From an uncultured bacterium (GTDB lineage: Bacteria > Omnitrophota > Omnitrophia > Omnitrophales > Aquincolibacteriaceae): 64,000 nucleotides of DNA. Below the pieces are notes generated by a model. That model did not search any database. It was not told the DNA's origin and worked only from the letters and a program-made list of their open reading frames with translations. The stretch spans positions 16,698-80,697 of the forward strand of contig CAZLTL010000013.1 in NCBI GenBank assembly GCA_964562525.1. The letters are read 5' to 3'. Of the stretch, positions 1-9,693 are shown in pieces. The position numbers and the translations under genes are program-made. Numbering within the stretch: position 1 is the stretch's first letter; every line of letters starts with the position of its first letter.

Positions 1-1
1 T

Positions 2-466
2 ATTTCCGCGATTGGATATTGTTTTGGAGGTACCGCTGTTTTAGAAATGGCGCGTGCCGGCTTTCCGCTTAAAGGCGTGGTTAGCTTTCACGGTATTTTA
101 GCGACGCCTTCGCCGGCTGAAGCAGGGGCCGTGAAAGCAAAAGTGCTTGTTTTTAACGGTGCAGAAGATGCGATGATTTCAGCCCAAGATATTCAAACCT
201 TTCAAGAAGAAATGCGCAAAGCCGGTGCAGATTGGCAATTTGTGAATTTGGGTGGAGCCAAACATAGTTTTACGGTTTGGGGTGCCAGCATTCCCGAGAA
301 GGGAATTGTCTATAATGAAATCGCAGACAAACGCTCTTGGTTTGCAACACGTTCTTTTTTGAATGAAGTTATGGCGAGACCTGCTTTGATGCCGATTTTA
401 CCTAAGTTACCTGATGAACCGATTGCCGCTAAATCAGAATTAGATCCTATATTAAAAAATTCGTAA
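2..466 (+). CDS. dienelactone hydrolase family protein, 5' end truncated by window edge
   Basis: The reading frame is open from nt 2. The upstream translation IGYCFGGTAVLEMA carries the G-x-C-x-G nucleophile elbow typical of dienelactone hydrolases. The C-terminal 139 aa are in the ORF track. Confidence 0.6.
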   Translation: MSAIGYCFGGTAVLEMARAGFPLKGVVSFHGILATPSPAEAGAVKAKVLVFNGAEDAMISAQDIQTFQEEMRKAGADWQFVNLGGAKHSFTVWGASIPEKGIVYNEIADKRSWFATRSFLNEVMARPALMPILPKLPDEPIAAKSELDPILKNS

Positions 467-528
467 CTTTTTGTAATTTTGATATTGTCGCTTTAGCCTT
501 TAACTCATAAATTTAAACCCATCAAAAT

Positions 529-1197
529 ATGCTTAATTCAGTTGTTATTGAAACTTCATCGCACTCTGATAGTGCAATTATTTGGCTGCATGGCCTGGGA
601 GCGGACGGACACGACTTTGAGTCGATTGTTCCTGAGTTGCGTTTACCGAAAGACCTTAAGATCCGTTTCGTTTTTCCGCATGCTCCCTCAATGCCCGTTA
701 CGGTGAACGGTGGTTATGTGATGCCGGCTTGGTACGATATTGCCGGACAAAACATTTTAGCCGGAGAAGACGAAGCCGGAATGCGACGTTCCCAAAAACA
801 AATTATTGAGTTGATTGAAGCGGAAAATAAAAAAGGCATTTCAGCTAAAAGAATTATTTTGGCAGGTTTTTCACAAGGCGGCGCCATGACGCTTTTTACA
901 GGCTTGCGTTATGCTCAGAAACTTGCAGGTCTGATGGTTCTTTCAGCCTATTTACCGCTCGCTGAAAAGACCACGGCTGAAATGAGTGAAGCTAATTCAA
1001 AAACGCCTATTTTTATGGCGCATGGCAAACAAGATGGTGTTGTTCCGTTTGAAGGAGCGCGCGTCTCCAAAGACTTTTTGCTTAAACGGGGAATTCCCGT
1101 TGAATGGCATGAATATGCCATGGCGCACTCTCTTCACCCGCAAGAGATTCGCGATATTTCAGCCTGGATTCAGCAAGTTTTAGTTAGCCCCGCCTGA
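529..1197 (+). CDS. phospholipase/carboxylesterase family alpha/beta hydrolase
   Basis: 222 aa. GFSQGG nucleophile elbow, and conserved D/H near the C-terminus (AHGKQDGVVP ... MAHS), as in esterase YpfH-like proteins. Confidence 0.7.
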   Translation: MLNSVVIETSSHSDSAIIWLHGLGADGHDFESIVPELRLPKDLKIRFVFPHAPSMPVTVNGGYVMPAWYDIAGQNILAGEDEAGMRRSQKQIIELIEAENKKGISAKRIILAGFSQGGAMTLFTGLRYAQKLAGLMVLSAYLPLAEKTTAEMSEANSKTPIFMAHGKQDGVVPFEGARVSKDFLLKRGIPVEWHEYAMAHSLHPQEIRDISAWIQQVLVSPA

Positions 1198-1295
1198 GAC
1201 CTTAAATAGGCATTGACAGCCCTCTTTTTTTAGATAAGATTCTGTCTTAATTGGATTAAGATTTTATCTTGATAAGACTATTTCGGTGTATTAAT

Positions 1296-1742
1296 ATGCA
1301 CGCTTTTCTGGGCAAAAGAATTTGGGACTTAGATTGCTTAACGGTGGATATGGTTCTTGCGGGGTCATTTGACTGGCGCGAGTTGGCGAATTTTCTTAGT
1401 GGGGCAGGCTTAAAGCTTTGTTCAAGCAAGTTAGATTGCCAAGATAGCCTTTATGTTTTTCAAATGGCGCATCAGGTGTGCCACTCGGAAAATAAACTTT
1501 CGGTGGCATTGGAAAAGCTGATATTTATTCGCTACCGTGATTGGATTGAGTTTGTGCGTGAGTCCGAAAGCGAGCAGGTTTATGAGTATGCCTGCGGGTT
1601 CAAGTTTGAGAAAAGATCAAAAACCTGTGGGCTTATTTGGGCGATTGCGACGGATTTGCGTGAGCCATTTAGCCAGCTCGTTAGAAAGTTGCATCAGCGG
1701 TTTCAGATGGAACAAATCGCGCGTCTCGGAGGTTTAGCATGA
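1296..1742 (+). CDS. hypothetical protein (first ATG; ORF-track start at 1269 is a TTG)
   Basis: 148-157 aa ORF with no motif I recognise. Its stop overlaps the next start (ATGA), which suggests translational coupling. Confidence 0.4.
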   Translation: MHAFLGKRIWDLDCLTVDMVLAGSFDWRELANFLSGAGLKLCSSKLDCQDSLYVFQMAHQVCHSENKLSVALEKLIFIRYRDWIEFVRESESEQVYEYACGFKFEKRSKTCGLIWAIATDLREPFSQLVRKLHQRFQMEQIARLGGLA

Positions 1743-1921
1743 GTTCATCCGAGCACAGGGATTTATTGCCTGACGCGGTAAAAGGCATTTTGAAAAAAGC
1801 AGATTTGATTTTGCACTCTGAGGATTTGTTTGGAAAAAACGGCTTGATTTTGATTCAGCATGGCAATGATTGGTATCAACTTAAAAAAACAAAGCATAAT
1901 CGATTAATTTTGAATAAGTGA
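1739..1921 (+). CDS. hypothetical small protein
   Basis: 60 aa. ATGA overlaps with both neighbours, forming a three-gene coupled unit. Confidence 0.35.
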   Translation: MSSSEHRDLLPDAVKGILKKADLILHSEDLFGKNGLILIQHGNDWYQLKKTKHNRLILNK

Positions 1922-2451
1922 GAGAAGTGAAGATGACCATTAAATTAAACGCATGCACTTTTGGAGCGGTGTTTCTTTCTGTTGTCGCGATTGCACTCGG
2001 ATTTTTGATGGGGGGTGTTTTTGGGGCGGCTGAAGACAGTATAAAAGCGCATTTAGAAAATGAGGCCGTTGCGGTTTTTGAAACGGTTTATAAAAGTGAT
2101 GCTGTGAAAAAAGAAGCTACGGTTAAAAAATCATGGGATTACTTGAAGCGCGCACATATGCATTGGGGTGCGATTGGCTCCGCAAGTTTGAGCTGTGTGC
2201 TGGCTTTGGTTATATTTTGCCGTCCCGGACGTGGTGTGAATGCAGCGGTTCTATTGCTTGGGTTTGGCGCTTTGGTTTATCCCTTGTTTTGGCTTTTGGC
2301 CGGATGGAATGCCCCCGAATTAGGGAGCACGGGTGCGGCAAAAAAAATGTTTGAATGGGTTGGTTTGCCCGGATCGATAGCTTGTCTGTCGGGTGTTTTG
2401 GGAACGATTGTTTGTCTGGTTCGCAGTCGACTGTCGCGTTCTGATTCTTAA
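1918..2451 (+). CDS. hypothetical integral membrane protein (about 4 TM)
   Basis: 177 aa with four hydrophobic helices, coupled to the upstream ORFs. Confidence 0.45.
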   Translation: MREVKMTIKLNACTFGAVFLSVVAIALGFLMGGVFGAAEDSIKAHLENEAVAVFETVYKSDAVKKEATVKKSWDYLKRAHMHWGAIGSASLSCVLALVIFCRPGRGVNAAVLLLGFGALVYPLFWLLAGWNAPELGSTGAAKKMFEWVGLPGSIACLSGVLGTIVCLVRSRLSRSDS

Positions 2452-2519
2452 CGGTTGTGATTAGCCAGGGAACCGCAAAATCCCCAGCCAGCATGAGATT
2501 ATTTGTTTGGAGAATAAAA

Positions 2520-4643
2520 ATGTTTTTTGATTTAAAGAAAATGGCAGCTGTTTTTTTGGCGATGTTCATCGCCGTGCCTTCAAGTTTCCCCCAAACCTCG
2601 TCGGCGGTTGTTACCCAGAATGAAGTTGAGGTGACAGCTCCGCGCGAGCCGGAAGATAAGACGAGCTCTTTTATGCCGGAAGTGGACGGTACGAAGATTT
2701 ATGCCGGGAAAAAATCAACCACAGTTCGTCTCACCCAAAAACCGCAGGTGACCAACAGCAATTACCGTCAGGCACTCGCGCAAGTTCCGGGATTGGTTCT
2801 GGCGGAAGAATCGACGCCCCTTTTGAGCATCGGCTACCGCGGATTGAATCCCGACCGGGCTCAGTTTATGCAGGTTTTGAAAGACGGCATTCCCATTCAC
2901 GCGGATATGTTCGGCTATCCCGAGGCGTATTACACGCCGCCGCTGGATAGTGTTGAAAAAATAGAGTTTATTCGCGGTGGGGCAGGACTCATGTACGGGC
3001 CACAGCCGGGAGGAGCGCTTAATTTTGTGACACCCATGCCTGCATCAGACACTCCGCTTCGTTTGCAAAGTTCGAATGCCTTCGGCAGCCATGATTACTT
3101 TTCAACTTATAATGCTTTGACCGGAACAGTCGGCATGATGGGATATTACGGCTATTTTCATGAAAGACAAAGCAGCGGATTTCGTGATCGCAACAGTGAT
3201 TATGAGGTTTTAAGTTCAAGCGTCAAAGTCACTGCGGATCCAACGGAAGATTCAAAAGTGACCATGGTTTTTGATCAGTACAACGAAGAGCATGGCGAAC
3301 CCGGCGGATTAACGCGCGCCCAATTTGATCGAGATTCAAGTTTGACGACGCGCGACTGGGATCGATTCCGATTAGAGCGATACTATGGTTCGATGAAGTA
3401 TGAAAATAAAATCGATGATGCCACGCATTTGGATCTTTTGGTTTACGGCGGACATTACCGAAGATGGAGTAAACGCCAAAACGGCGGCGGATTTGGAACT
3501 GTGCCCACAGGTTCAACCAATTCTATTTCCGAGCAGGATTTTTACAACTTGGGGTTTGAAGAGCGGTTGCGTCACGATTATGAATTTTTGAACGGGGAAC
3601 ACACTGCTTCAATCGGCACGCACACCTTTTTCTCTCATTCTCCCATTACCGGCGCAACGGGAGCCCGGCCTTTTTCGGAAACGGGAATTATGGATACCGT
3701 GACGGTGCGTGATACTTGGGCGTTTTCGCCTTTTTTTGAGAACTTATTCCGCTGGGGACGTTTCACCCTGACCCCCGGAGTGCGTCTCGAAAACATATGG
3801 CAGCGCGTGAATGAAAAGCTGCGCCGAACCGGCCGCCCCCCCACAAAACAAAAAACCTATGACTTTGCTCCGATGTTCGGCTTGGGGATGACCTATGAAG
3901 TTGTGAAAGGCATTGAAGCTTACGGGAATATCTCGCAATCGTATCGTCCTAAGCTTTTTTCTCAAACCATTCCGACCGGCGCGACGCAAGTGGTCAATGA
4001 GGATTTGGAAGAAGGAAAAGGCGTCCAGTACGATTTTGGTTTCCGCGGTAAACGGTATCCGTTTTGGAATTGGGATATCAGTTATTTTTTGATGAGTTTT
4101 ACGAATCAGATCGGCACTTCAGGCAATACCGTAACCAATGGGGGTCGGGCGCATTATCAAGGCTTGGAGTTTTTTCAAGAATTAGATCTTGTCGGCGCTT
4201 GGGATTATTTAAAAGACACAAAGCATGCCGAAAAATATGGCAGCCTTGCGCCTTTTTTTACTATGACGCTTTTAGACGCGGAGTATTCTGCCGGAACTTT
4301 TAAAGACCGTGCCCCGGCTTATGCTCCGAAGTATAATGTTCGCACGGGCGTGCATTATCGTTGGCGTGATCGCGCAAAAGTCAGTTTTGAAGGCACTTTT
4401 TTGGATGACCACTTTGGCGATGACAACAGCACCTTAACGATGACGGTGCCGTCTTATAAAGTGTGGGATCTAACAATGGAAGTAAACTTGCTGAAAAATG
4501 TGAAAGATGTTTTTGATTTAAGTCTTTTCGGCGGAATCAATAATCTTTTCAATGAAAAGTATTTTTCGCGTGTGACTTCCGGCGGCATTGACCCCGCGGA
4601 TGGACGCAATATTTACGGCGGCGTTAAAATAAACTTGGGGTAA
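2520..4643 (+). CDS. TonB-dependent outer-membrane receptor
   Basis: About 707 aa from the ATG at 2520. Signal peptide, plug-domain-like N-terminus, and a long beta-barrel region rich in alternating aromatic residues. Followed directly by exbB-exbD-tonB. Confidence 0.75.
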   Translation: MFFDLKKMAAVFLAMFIAVPSSFPQTSSAVVTQNEVEVTAPREPEDKTSSFMPEVDGTKIYAGKKSTTVRLTQKPQVTNSNYRQALAQVPGLVLAEESTPLLSIGYRGLNPDRAQFMQVLKDGIPIHADMFGYPEAYYTPPLDSVEKIEFIRGGAGLMYGPQPGGALNFVTPMPASDTPLRLQSSNAFGSHDYFSTYNALTGTVGMMGYYGYFHERQSSGFRDRNSDYEVLSSSVKVTADPTEDSKVTMVFDQYNEEHGEPGGLTRAQFDRDSSLTTRDWDRFRLERYYGSMKYENKIDDATHLDLLVYGGHYRRWSKRQNGGGFGTVPTGSTNSISEQDFYNLGFEERLRHDYEFLNGEHTASIGTHTFFSHSPITGATGARPFSETGIMDTVTVRDTWAFSPFFENLFRWGRFTLTPGVRLENIWQRVNEKLRRTGRPPTKQKTYDFAPMFGLGMTYEVVKGIEAYGNISQSYRPKLFSQTIPTGATQVVNEDLEEGKGVQYDFGFRGKRYPFWNWDISYFLMSFTNQIGTSGNTVTNGGRAHYQGLEFFQELDLVGAWDYLKDTKHAEKYGSLAPFFTMTLLDAEYSAGTFKDRAPAYAPKYNVRTGVHYRWRDRAKVSFEGTFLDDHFGDDNSTLTMTVPSYKVWDLTMEVNLLKNVKDVFDLSLFGGINNLFNEKYFSRVTSGGIDPADGRNIYGGVKINLG

Positions 4644-4647
4644 AAAT

Positions 4648-5331
4648 ATGTTTTGGGGACAAAATTTAATACAGCTATTTCTTAAAGGCGGTTTCGCCAT
4701 GTGGCCGTTGCTGCTTTGCTCGGTGATTGGAGCGGCCATTGTGATTGAGCGCAGCCTGTTTTTTTGGAATATGCGGTTGAATTATTTGACCTTCATTCAA
4801 AAGATGAAGCAGGATTTGAAGCACGGACGTGAACCCGAAGTTTTGGAAGCGTGCGAAAAGTCGTCCAGTCCCATTGCGCGTTTGGCTGCGGTTTATTTAA
4901 CTTACCGGAATCAAGATGCTTTGCGGAATGATGTTCTCAAACGCGAAGGGTCATTGGCGCTGGAGTCAGTTGAAGCACGCCTCCGCGAATTGGCCACTGT
5001 AACGCATATTGCTCCGTTATTGGGGCTTTTAGGGACGGTAACAGGGCTTGTTTCCGCGTTCCATCAGATTGAACTGATGGGCGGGCAAGTACAGCCCGGC
5101 GACCTTGCTTCAGGTATTTGGGAAGCGCTTATTACGACGGTTTATGGTCTCGTTATCGCGATTCCTTGTATGGCGGCTTATCACGGTTTTGAAAAAGCTG
5201 CGGATAAAATTGCCCGGCGCATGCAGTTTCTTGTTTCTGAATTAGACGAGTTTTTTGGAAAACATTCCTCCTCACATTTTCGGGCGGAAAATGTCGAGGA
5301 AACTGAAAATCAAATGAAAACCATGGGTTGA
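4648..5331 (+). CDS. exbB: MotA/TolQ/ExbB proton-channel protein
   Basis: 227 aa with 3 TM helices and the conserved TolQ/ExbB C-terminal TM region (GLLGTVTGLVSAF ... YGLVIAIP). Confidence 0.8.
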   Translation: MFWGQNLIQLFLKGGFAMWPLLLCSVIGAAIVIERSLFFWNMRLNYLTFIQKMKQDLKHGREPEVLEACEKSSSPIARLAAVYLTYRNQDALRNDVLKREGSLALESVEARLRELATVTHIAPLLGLLGTVTGLVSAFHQIELMGGQVQPGDLASGIWEALITTVYGLVIAIPCMAAYHGFEKAADKIARRMQFLVSELDEFFGKHSSSHFRAENVEETENQMKTMG

Positions 5332-5741
5332 TGAGCATGGAATTTATTCGTCCTAAAAAAGCAGGCTTGAGTATCGACATGACACCCATGATCGATATTG
5401 TTTTCCAACTGCTGATTTTCTTTATGCTTTCTTCATCTTTTTTGACTCCGTCACTCAAAATGAATCTTCCCAAGGCGGATTCAAATCAAGCTCCTGAGCA
5501 GCAGCAAATTATTGTCTCCATTGATCGTGAAGGGCATTTCTTTGTGAATCAGCAGCAAGTGCCTCAGGAACAGCTTCGTGAAAATTTAAGTCCGCTGGTC
5601 AGAGCTTCCGAAAAGAAAGCTGTGTTTGTTCGCGGTGACGCGGATATGCCCTACAAGTATTTTGTTTCAGCTATGGATTCCGCGCGCAAGGCGGGCGCGG
5701 TTCAGGTCAACGTTGTTCATGACCGCAAGGCGGGCGCTTAA
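5328..5741 (+). CDS. exbD: biopolymer transport protein ExbD/TolR
   Basis: 137 aa with a single N-terminal TM (TPMIDIVFQLLIFFM) and an ExbD fold. Overlaps exbB by 4 nt. Confidence 0.8.
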   Translation: MMSMEFIRPKKAGLSIDMTPMIDIVFQLLIFFMLSSSFLTPSLKMNLPKADSNQAPEQQQIIVSIDREGHFFVNQQQVPQEQLRENLSPLVRASEKKAVFVRGDADMPYKYFVSAMDSARKAGAVQVNVVHDRKAGA

Positions 5742-6343
5742 TGAAACCTCAGCTTTCCCAATCAAATGCACTTCTTACGACTGCTGTGATTTCTTCTGTT
5801 GTACTGCATGGTTTGGTGATTGCTTCCAGCTTCGGCTTGATTTCATTCAGCCCTCAATACGGTGTTACCCAGGCTCCTTCGAGTGTTGAAATCCAGCTGG
5901 TTGAAGAAAGTCCTATGCCGGTTCCCCAGGTTAAGGCGGAAGAAGTTTTGACGGCGGAGCCCGAAACAAAGGCTCAGGTCTTGATTAAAAAAGAAGAGCC
6001 CAAACCAGTAAAAGAAGTCATAAAAACAAATCCAGCACCTGTTGCCCCTCAATCGGGAGCGATACGCAAAGAAGCTGAAGCGTATTTAGATAATCCCGCA
6101 CCGGTTTACCCTGAAAAAGCCCGCCTGAGAGGATGGGAAGGTTTGGTCGTGTTAACTGTGAGTGTGGATGCGGGCGGCAATGTTACCCAGGTTCAGATTG
6201 AAAACTCATCTGGGCATGAAGTTTTAGATCAAGCCGCCGTCAAAGCCGTGCAAAGTTGGCGGTTTAAGCCCGCCGGTGTCGGAAGCGTTACTTTTTCGAG
6301 CATTGTCCGCATTCCCGTCCGATTTAAGCTCACCGACGCGTAA
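5741..6343 (+). CDS. tonB: energy transducer TonB
   Basis: N-terminal TM, Pro/Lys/Glu-rich spacer, and a TonB C-terminal domain (YPEKARLRGWEGLVVLTVSVDAGGNVTQVQIENSSGHEVLDQAAVKAVQSWRFKP). Confidence 0.8.
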   Translation: MKPQLSQSNALLTTAVISSVVLHGLVIASSFGLISFSPQYGVTQAPSSVEIQLVEESPMPVPQVKAEEVLTAEPETKAQVLIKKEEPKPVKEVIKTNPAPVAPQSGAIRKEAEAYLDNPAPVYPEKARLRGWEGLVVLTVSVDAGGNVTQVQIENSSGHEVLDQAAVKAVQSWRFKPAGVGSVTFSSIVRIPVRFKLTDA

Positions 6344-6479
6344 AACTCAGTCGCCGTTATGGCTTTTATCCTCATCGGCGGATGGCCGCTTGTGGTCGTA
6401 GACCATTCCTGAATCAAAAAAGAGGTTTTAAATTTCCGTTCTGATTTGTTCTTTTGGAGTCTGCGGCGCTGAAGTAGAA

Positions 6480-6544
6480 AGTCTTGCTTATTCAAGATGA
6501 GAGACCGCTTTAGCGGAGAGTCTCGACTTGAATAAGCTTAGACT
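6480..6544. other. extended imperfect hairpin (about 22 bp stem) between convergent genes
   Basis: agtct-tg-cttattcaag ... cttgaataag-ct-tagact, with an inner gagac-cgc-ttta-gcg-gagagtctc stem. Confidence 0.5.
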
Positions 6545-6658
6545 TTCACGAAGCCGAAAGAGCAGCCGACAAAAAACAAACAAGACACGGCCTCACCGGC
6601 CCGAGGTGAAAGAGGGTTAAGGGAAACTTCCCTTAAAAAGGGGTGCGAGGAACCGCGC

Positions 6659-6931
6659 TTACCAGAGATTATCTTTGCGGGAACCTTTACTCTTATTCAT
6701 GCGGACTTGCTTTTCCCAAGGGTCATCTTCAAGGGCGTCTTCATCTTGAAGAACTTCGTCTTCTTCCGCGTCTTCTTCTTCGTCAAGATGGTCTTCGAGC
6801 TTCTCTAAATCTTCTTCGTCTTCAAGATCGTCATCGTCGAGATCTTCCATTTCTTCAAAATCGTCTTCTTCGTCATCGTCAAACATGCGGAGTTCCTCCT
6901 TAGAAAATAAATATAACACGGAGTATGCCAA
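6659..6931 (-). CDS. polyacidic small protein
   Basis: 90 aa, with more than half the central residues D/E (DDDEEDDFEEMEDLDDDDLEDEEDLE...). Same strand as the cox operon and directly downstream of it. Confidence 0.5.
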   Translation of the reverse strand: MAYSVLYLFSKEELRMFDDDEEDDFEEMEDLDDDDLEDEEDLEKLEDHLDEEEDAEEDEVLQDEDALEDDPWEKQVRMNKSKGSRKDNLW

Positions 6932-6986
6932 ATAAAAGCTTGGGCCTTATTTTACTCAAAAAAAATACAGGGTAAAGAGCCTATCT

Positions 6987-7379
6987 CTAGTGATGCTGAG
7001 AGCTGCCGGTGTTAGCCGAAGGCTCAGCATAATGATGCGCGGGACGGGTAATCCAGGAGTTGGGTTCAAGTTGATTGCCCCAATGGCGTGTAGCGTAATC
7101 ATTCAGCGTCATTCCGAGGAGAACCGCAAGAAACGCAAAGGCGCTAGCCACAAAGAGCTTTAAAAGGCCCGAGGAACCTTTGAGATGCATAAAGAAAAGC
7201 ATGACCAGGGTGGCCTTGAAAAAAGCGATAGCAAGGGCAATAACCGTGTTAAAGCGGCCGAAATCGATGAATGCGGCCCAAACCGTGACGGCGGTCAAGA
7301 CCAGCAAGGCTCCAAAGATAACGACATAAATGCCGATTCCGCCGTGATTGTGATTGTCGCTTGAAGAATGGCTGCTCAT
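6987..7379 (-). CDS. cytochrome c oxidase subunit IV (prokaryotic caa3-type, CoxD/CtaF-like)
   Basis: 130 aa from the ATG at 7379, which overlaps the coxC stop (ATGA). Three TM helices. Positioned after coxC. Confidence 0.6.
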   Translation of the reverse strand: MSSHSSSDNHNHGGIGIYVVIFGALLVLTAVTVWAAFIDFGRFNTVIALAIAFFKATLVMLFFMHLKGSSGLLKLFVASAFAFLAVLLGMTLNDYATRHWGNQLEPNSWITRPAHHYAEPSANTGSSQHH

Positions 7380-8035
7380 GCGTGTCTCCCGAGCAAGTAA
7401 AGCAAAGGAAAAAGAAAAATCCAAACAATGTCGACGAAATGCCAGTAAAGACCGAACATATCAATCGGTGAGTTGTATTCCGCGGTAAAGCGTCCCTGCA
7501 TATTCTGGATCATGATAATAACCAAAATAACCGCCCCAATGATCATGTGTAAAGCGTGCAATCCGGTTAAAGCAAAGTAAATCGAATAGAAAATACGGAT
7601 ACCGGGTCCGTCAAAGCCTTCAAAATGAAATGTGTTGTTGGGTACCAAGTGATGTGTGAATTTTTCTGTGTACTCAATGGCTTTAACACCCAAGAAAACA
7701 CACCCCAAAATGAGCGTAAGCAAGAGGAACAAAGTTGTCGCATGCTTTTTCCCGAGGCGGGCGGTGTGAACCGCCATGACCATGGTGAATGAACTTGAGA
7801 TCAGAACTGCGGTATTAAAGCAGCCCAAGAAAATACTGAGATGATGGCTTCCCGCGGCAAAAGCGGCCGGATACATTTCGCGGTAAATGGTGTATGCCAA
7901 AAAGATTCCGCCGAAAAATAAGATCTCAGTAACAAGAAAGAGCCACATTCCGAGCGAGGCGCATTCATACTGCTGATTCAGATTCGCGAAATGATGCTGG
8001 AGCGGCTGAAATTTTTTTGCCGGAGCCGTGTTCAT
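7376..8035 (-). CDS. coxC: cytochrome c oxidase subunit III
   Basis: 219 aa with multiple TM helices and subunit-III-like segments. Overlaps coxA by 4 nt. Confidence 0.75.
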   Translation of the reverse strand: MNTAPAKKFQPLQHHFANLNQQYECASLGMWLFLVTEILFFGGIFLAYTIYREMYPAAFAAGSHHLSIFLGCFNTAVLISSSFTMVMAVHTARLGKKHATTLFLLLTLILGCVFLGVKAIEYTEKFTHHLVPNNTFHFEGFDGPGIRIFYSIYFALTGLHALHMIIGAVILVIIMIQNMQGRFTAEYNSPIDMFGLYWHFVDIVWIFLFPLLYLLGRHA

Positions 8036-9660
8036 GCGTGGCCTCCCTTGGCATGCTTTGCATGCGCTGAATGACTGTCGGGGGCATAAGCATAAGCTTC
8101 TTCCGTCACAATCGGAGTCGTTTCAAAGTTATGCGTTGTCGGCGGTGAAGAAATCGTCCATTCCAATCCCTTCGCATTCCATGGATTCGCCGGAGCATCT
8201 TTACCGAATTTTAAAGACCAAAGCATGTTAAAAATCGGAATGATGAACGAAAGCCCAAGCACCATCGCGCCGCCGGTGGAAAGAATATTGAAAATTTGGA
8301 ATTCTTCCGCGTAAATATGATAGCGGCGGGGCATGCCCAAATAACCCGCGATAAATTGCGGAAAGAAAGTGAGATTGAAACCGAGGAAGATACCGATCGC
8401 GGCAATGCGACCCAAAGCTTCGTTGTACATTTTTCCCGACATTTTCGGCCACCAATAATGCAGTCCGCCCAAATAACCCATAACGGTTCCGCCCACCATG
8501 ATGTAGTGGAAGTGAGCGACAACGAAATAAGTATCATGTACGTGAACGTCGATTGCCATAATCGCCAAGAACAATCCCGTTAATCCGCCGACCATGAAAA
8601 GTCCAAAAAATCCGAGAACATAAATCATCGGAGTTTCGAAAGTAATCGAGCCTTTATAAAAAGTTGCAAGCCAGTTAAAAATTTTAACCGCGGAAGGTAC
8701 GCCGACTAAAAAGGTGATGATCGAAAAAACGACGCCCGCATACATGGATTGGCTTGAAACAAACATATGATGACCCCAAACGAAGAATCCAAGCAAAGCG
8801 ATCGCAAGGGAAGATCCGGCGATAAACTCATAACCAAAAGGGCGCTTTTTAGTAAATGCCGCTACGAGCTCACTGATGACGCCCATGGACGGCAAAATCA
8901 TAATGTAAACCGCTGGGTGAGAATAGAACCAGAATAAGTGCTGAAAGAGAACCGGATCGCCGCCAAGGCGCGGGTCGAAAAATCCAAAGCCAAAAGCACG
9001 TTCAAGAAAAACAAGGAGGATGGTAACCGCAACAACCGGAGTACCCAAAATCATAATCAAGGAAGTCGCGTAATGCGCCCAAACGAAAAGCGGTAAACGG
9101 AACCAAGTCATACCAGGTGCGCGCATTTTATGCACGGTAACAATAAAGTTAAGTCCGGTCAAAATTGATGAAAAACCCGCGATGAAAACGCCCAAGGCCG
9201 CGGCCGTGACGGCGGAGGTGGAGTAAGTGCTGCTGTAAGGGGTATAAAAAGTCCAACCTGTATCAACGCCGCCCATCACAATACTGACAAAGGCCAAAGC
9301 CGCGCCAATGATGTAGAGATACCAACTCAAAAGGTTAACGCGTGGAAACGCCAAGTCTTTCGCGCCGATCATGATCGGGAGGACAAAGTTTCCGATCGCA
9401 GCGGGAATGGCCGGAATCATAAAAAAGAACACCATCGCCACGCCGTGCATGGTGAAAATACGGTTGTAGATATCGGATGTAAATAAATCTCCGCGGGGAG
9501 TTAACAGCTCCAAGCGCAACAAAAGCGCAAAAAGGCCGCCCAGCATGAAGAAAACCGTAACCGACAAAAGATAAAGAATGCCGATGCGCTTGTGGTCAAT
9601 CGTTAGAAGCCACGACTTGACCGTGTGACCGTTTGTTAAATAGTTCTTAGTCGATTCCAT
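8032..9660 (-). CDS. coxA: cytochrome c oxidase subunit I (heme-copper oxidase catalytic subunit)
   Basis: 542 aa with 12 TM helices. Conserved WFFGHPEVY-like and HHMF motifs ([22 protein letters not shown]). Confidence 0.9.
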   Translation of the reverse strand: MESTKNYLTNGHTVKSWLLTIDHKRIGILYLLSVTVFFMLGGLFALLLRLELLTPRGDLFTSDIYNRIFTMHGVAMVFFFMIPAIPAAIGNFVLPIMIGAKDLAFPRVNLLSWYLYIIGAALAFVSIVMGGVDTGWTFYTPYSSTYSTSAVTAAALGVFIAGFSSILTGLNFIVTVHKMRAPGMTWFRLPLFVWAHYATSLIMILGTPVVAVTILLVFLERAFGFGFFDPRLGGDPVLFQHLFWFYSHPAVYIMILPSMGVISELVAAFTKKRPFGYEFIAGSSLAIALLGFFVWGHHMFVSSQSMYAGVVFSIITFLVGVPSAVKIFNWLATFYKGSITFETPMIYVLGFFGLFMVGGLTGLFLAIMAIDVHVHDTYFVVAHFHYIMVGGTVMGYLGGLHYWWPKMSGKMYNEALGRIAAIGIFLGFNLTFFPQFIAGYLGMPRRYHIYAEEFQIFNILSTGGAMVLGLSFIIPIFNMLWSLKFGKDAPANPWNAKGLEWTISSPPTTHNFETTPIVTEEAYAYAPDSHSAHAKHAKGGHA

Positions 9661-9693
9661 ATTTACCTGTCTTGATAAGCTTCGGTTTAAAAA

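Noticed and set aside
6344-6658. Tested the structured intergenic region against memory of tmRNA, RNase P RNA, SRP RNA, 6S RNA and tRNA signatures.
   Set aside because: None of the universally conserved motifs is present (tmRNA 5' GGGG...3' CCA tag-end, RNase P GGAAAGTCCGG, SRP domain IV, tRNA T-loop GTTCGA). It stays in the report only as an unassigned structured region.
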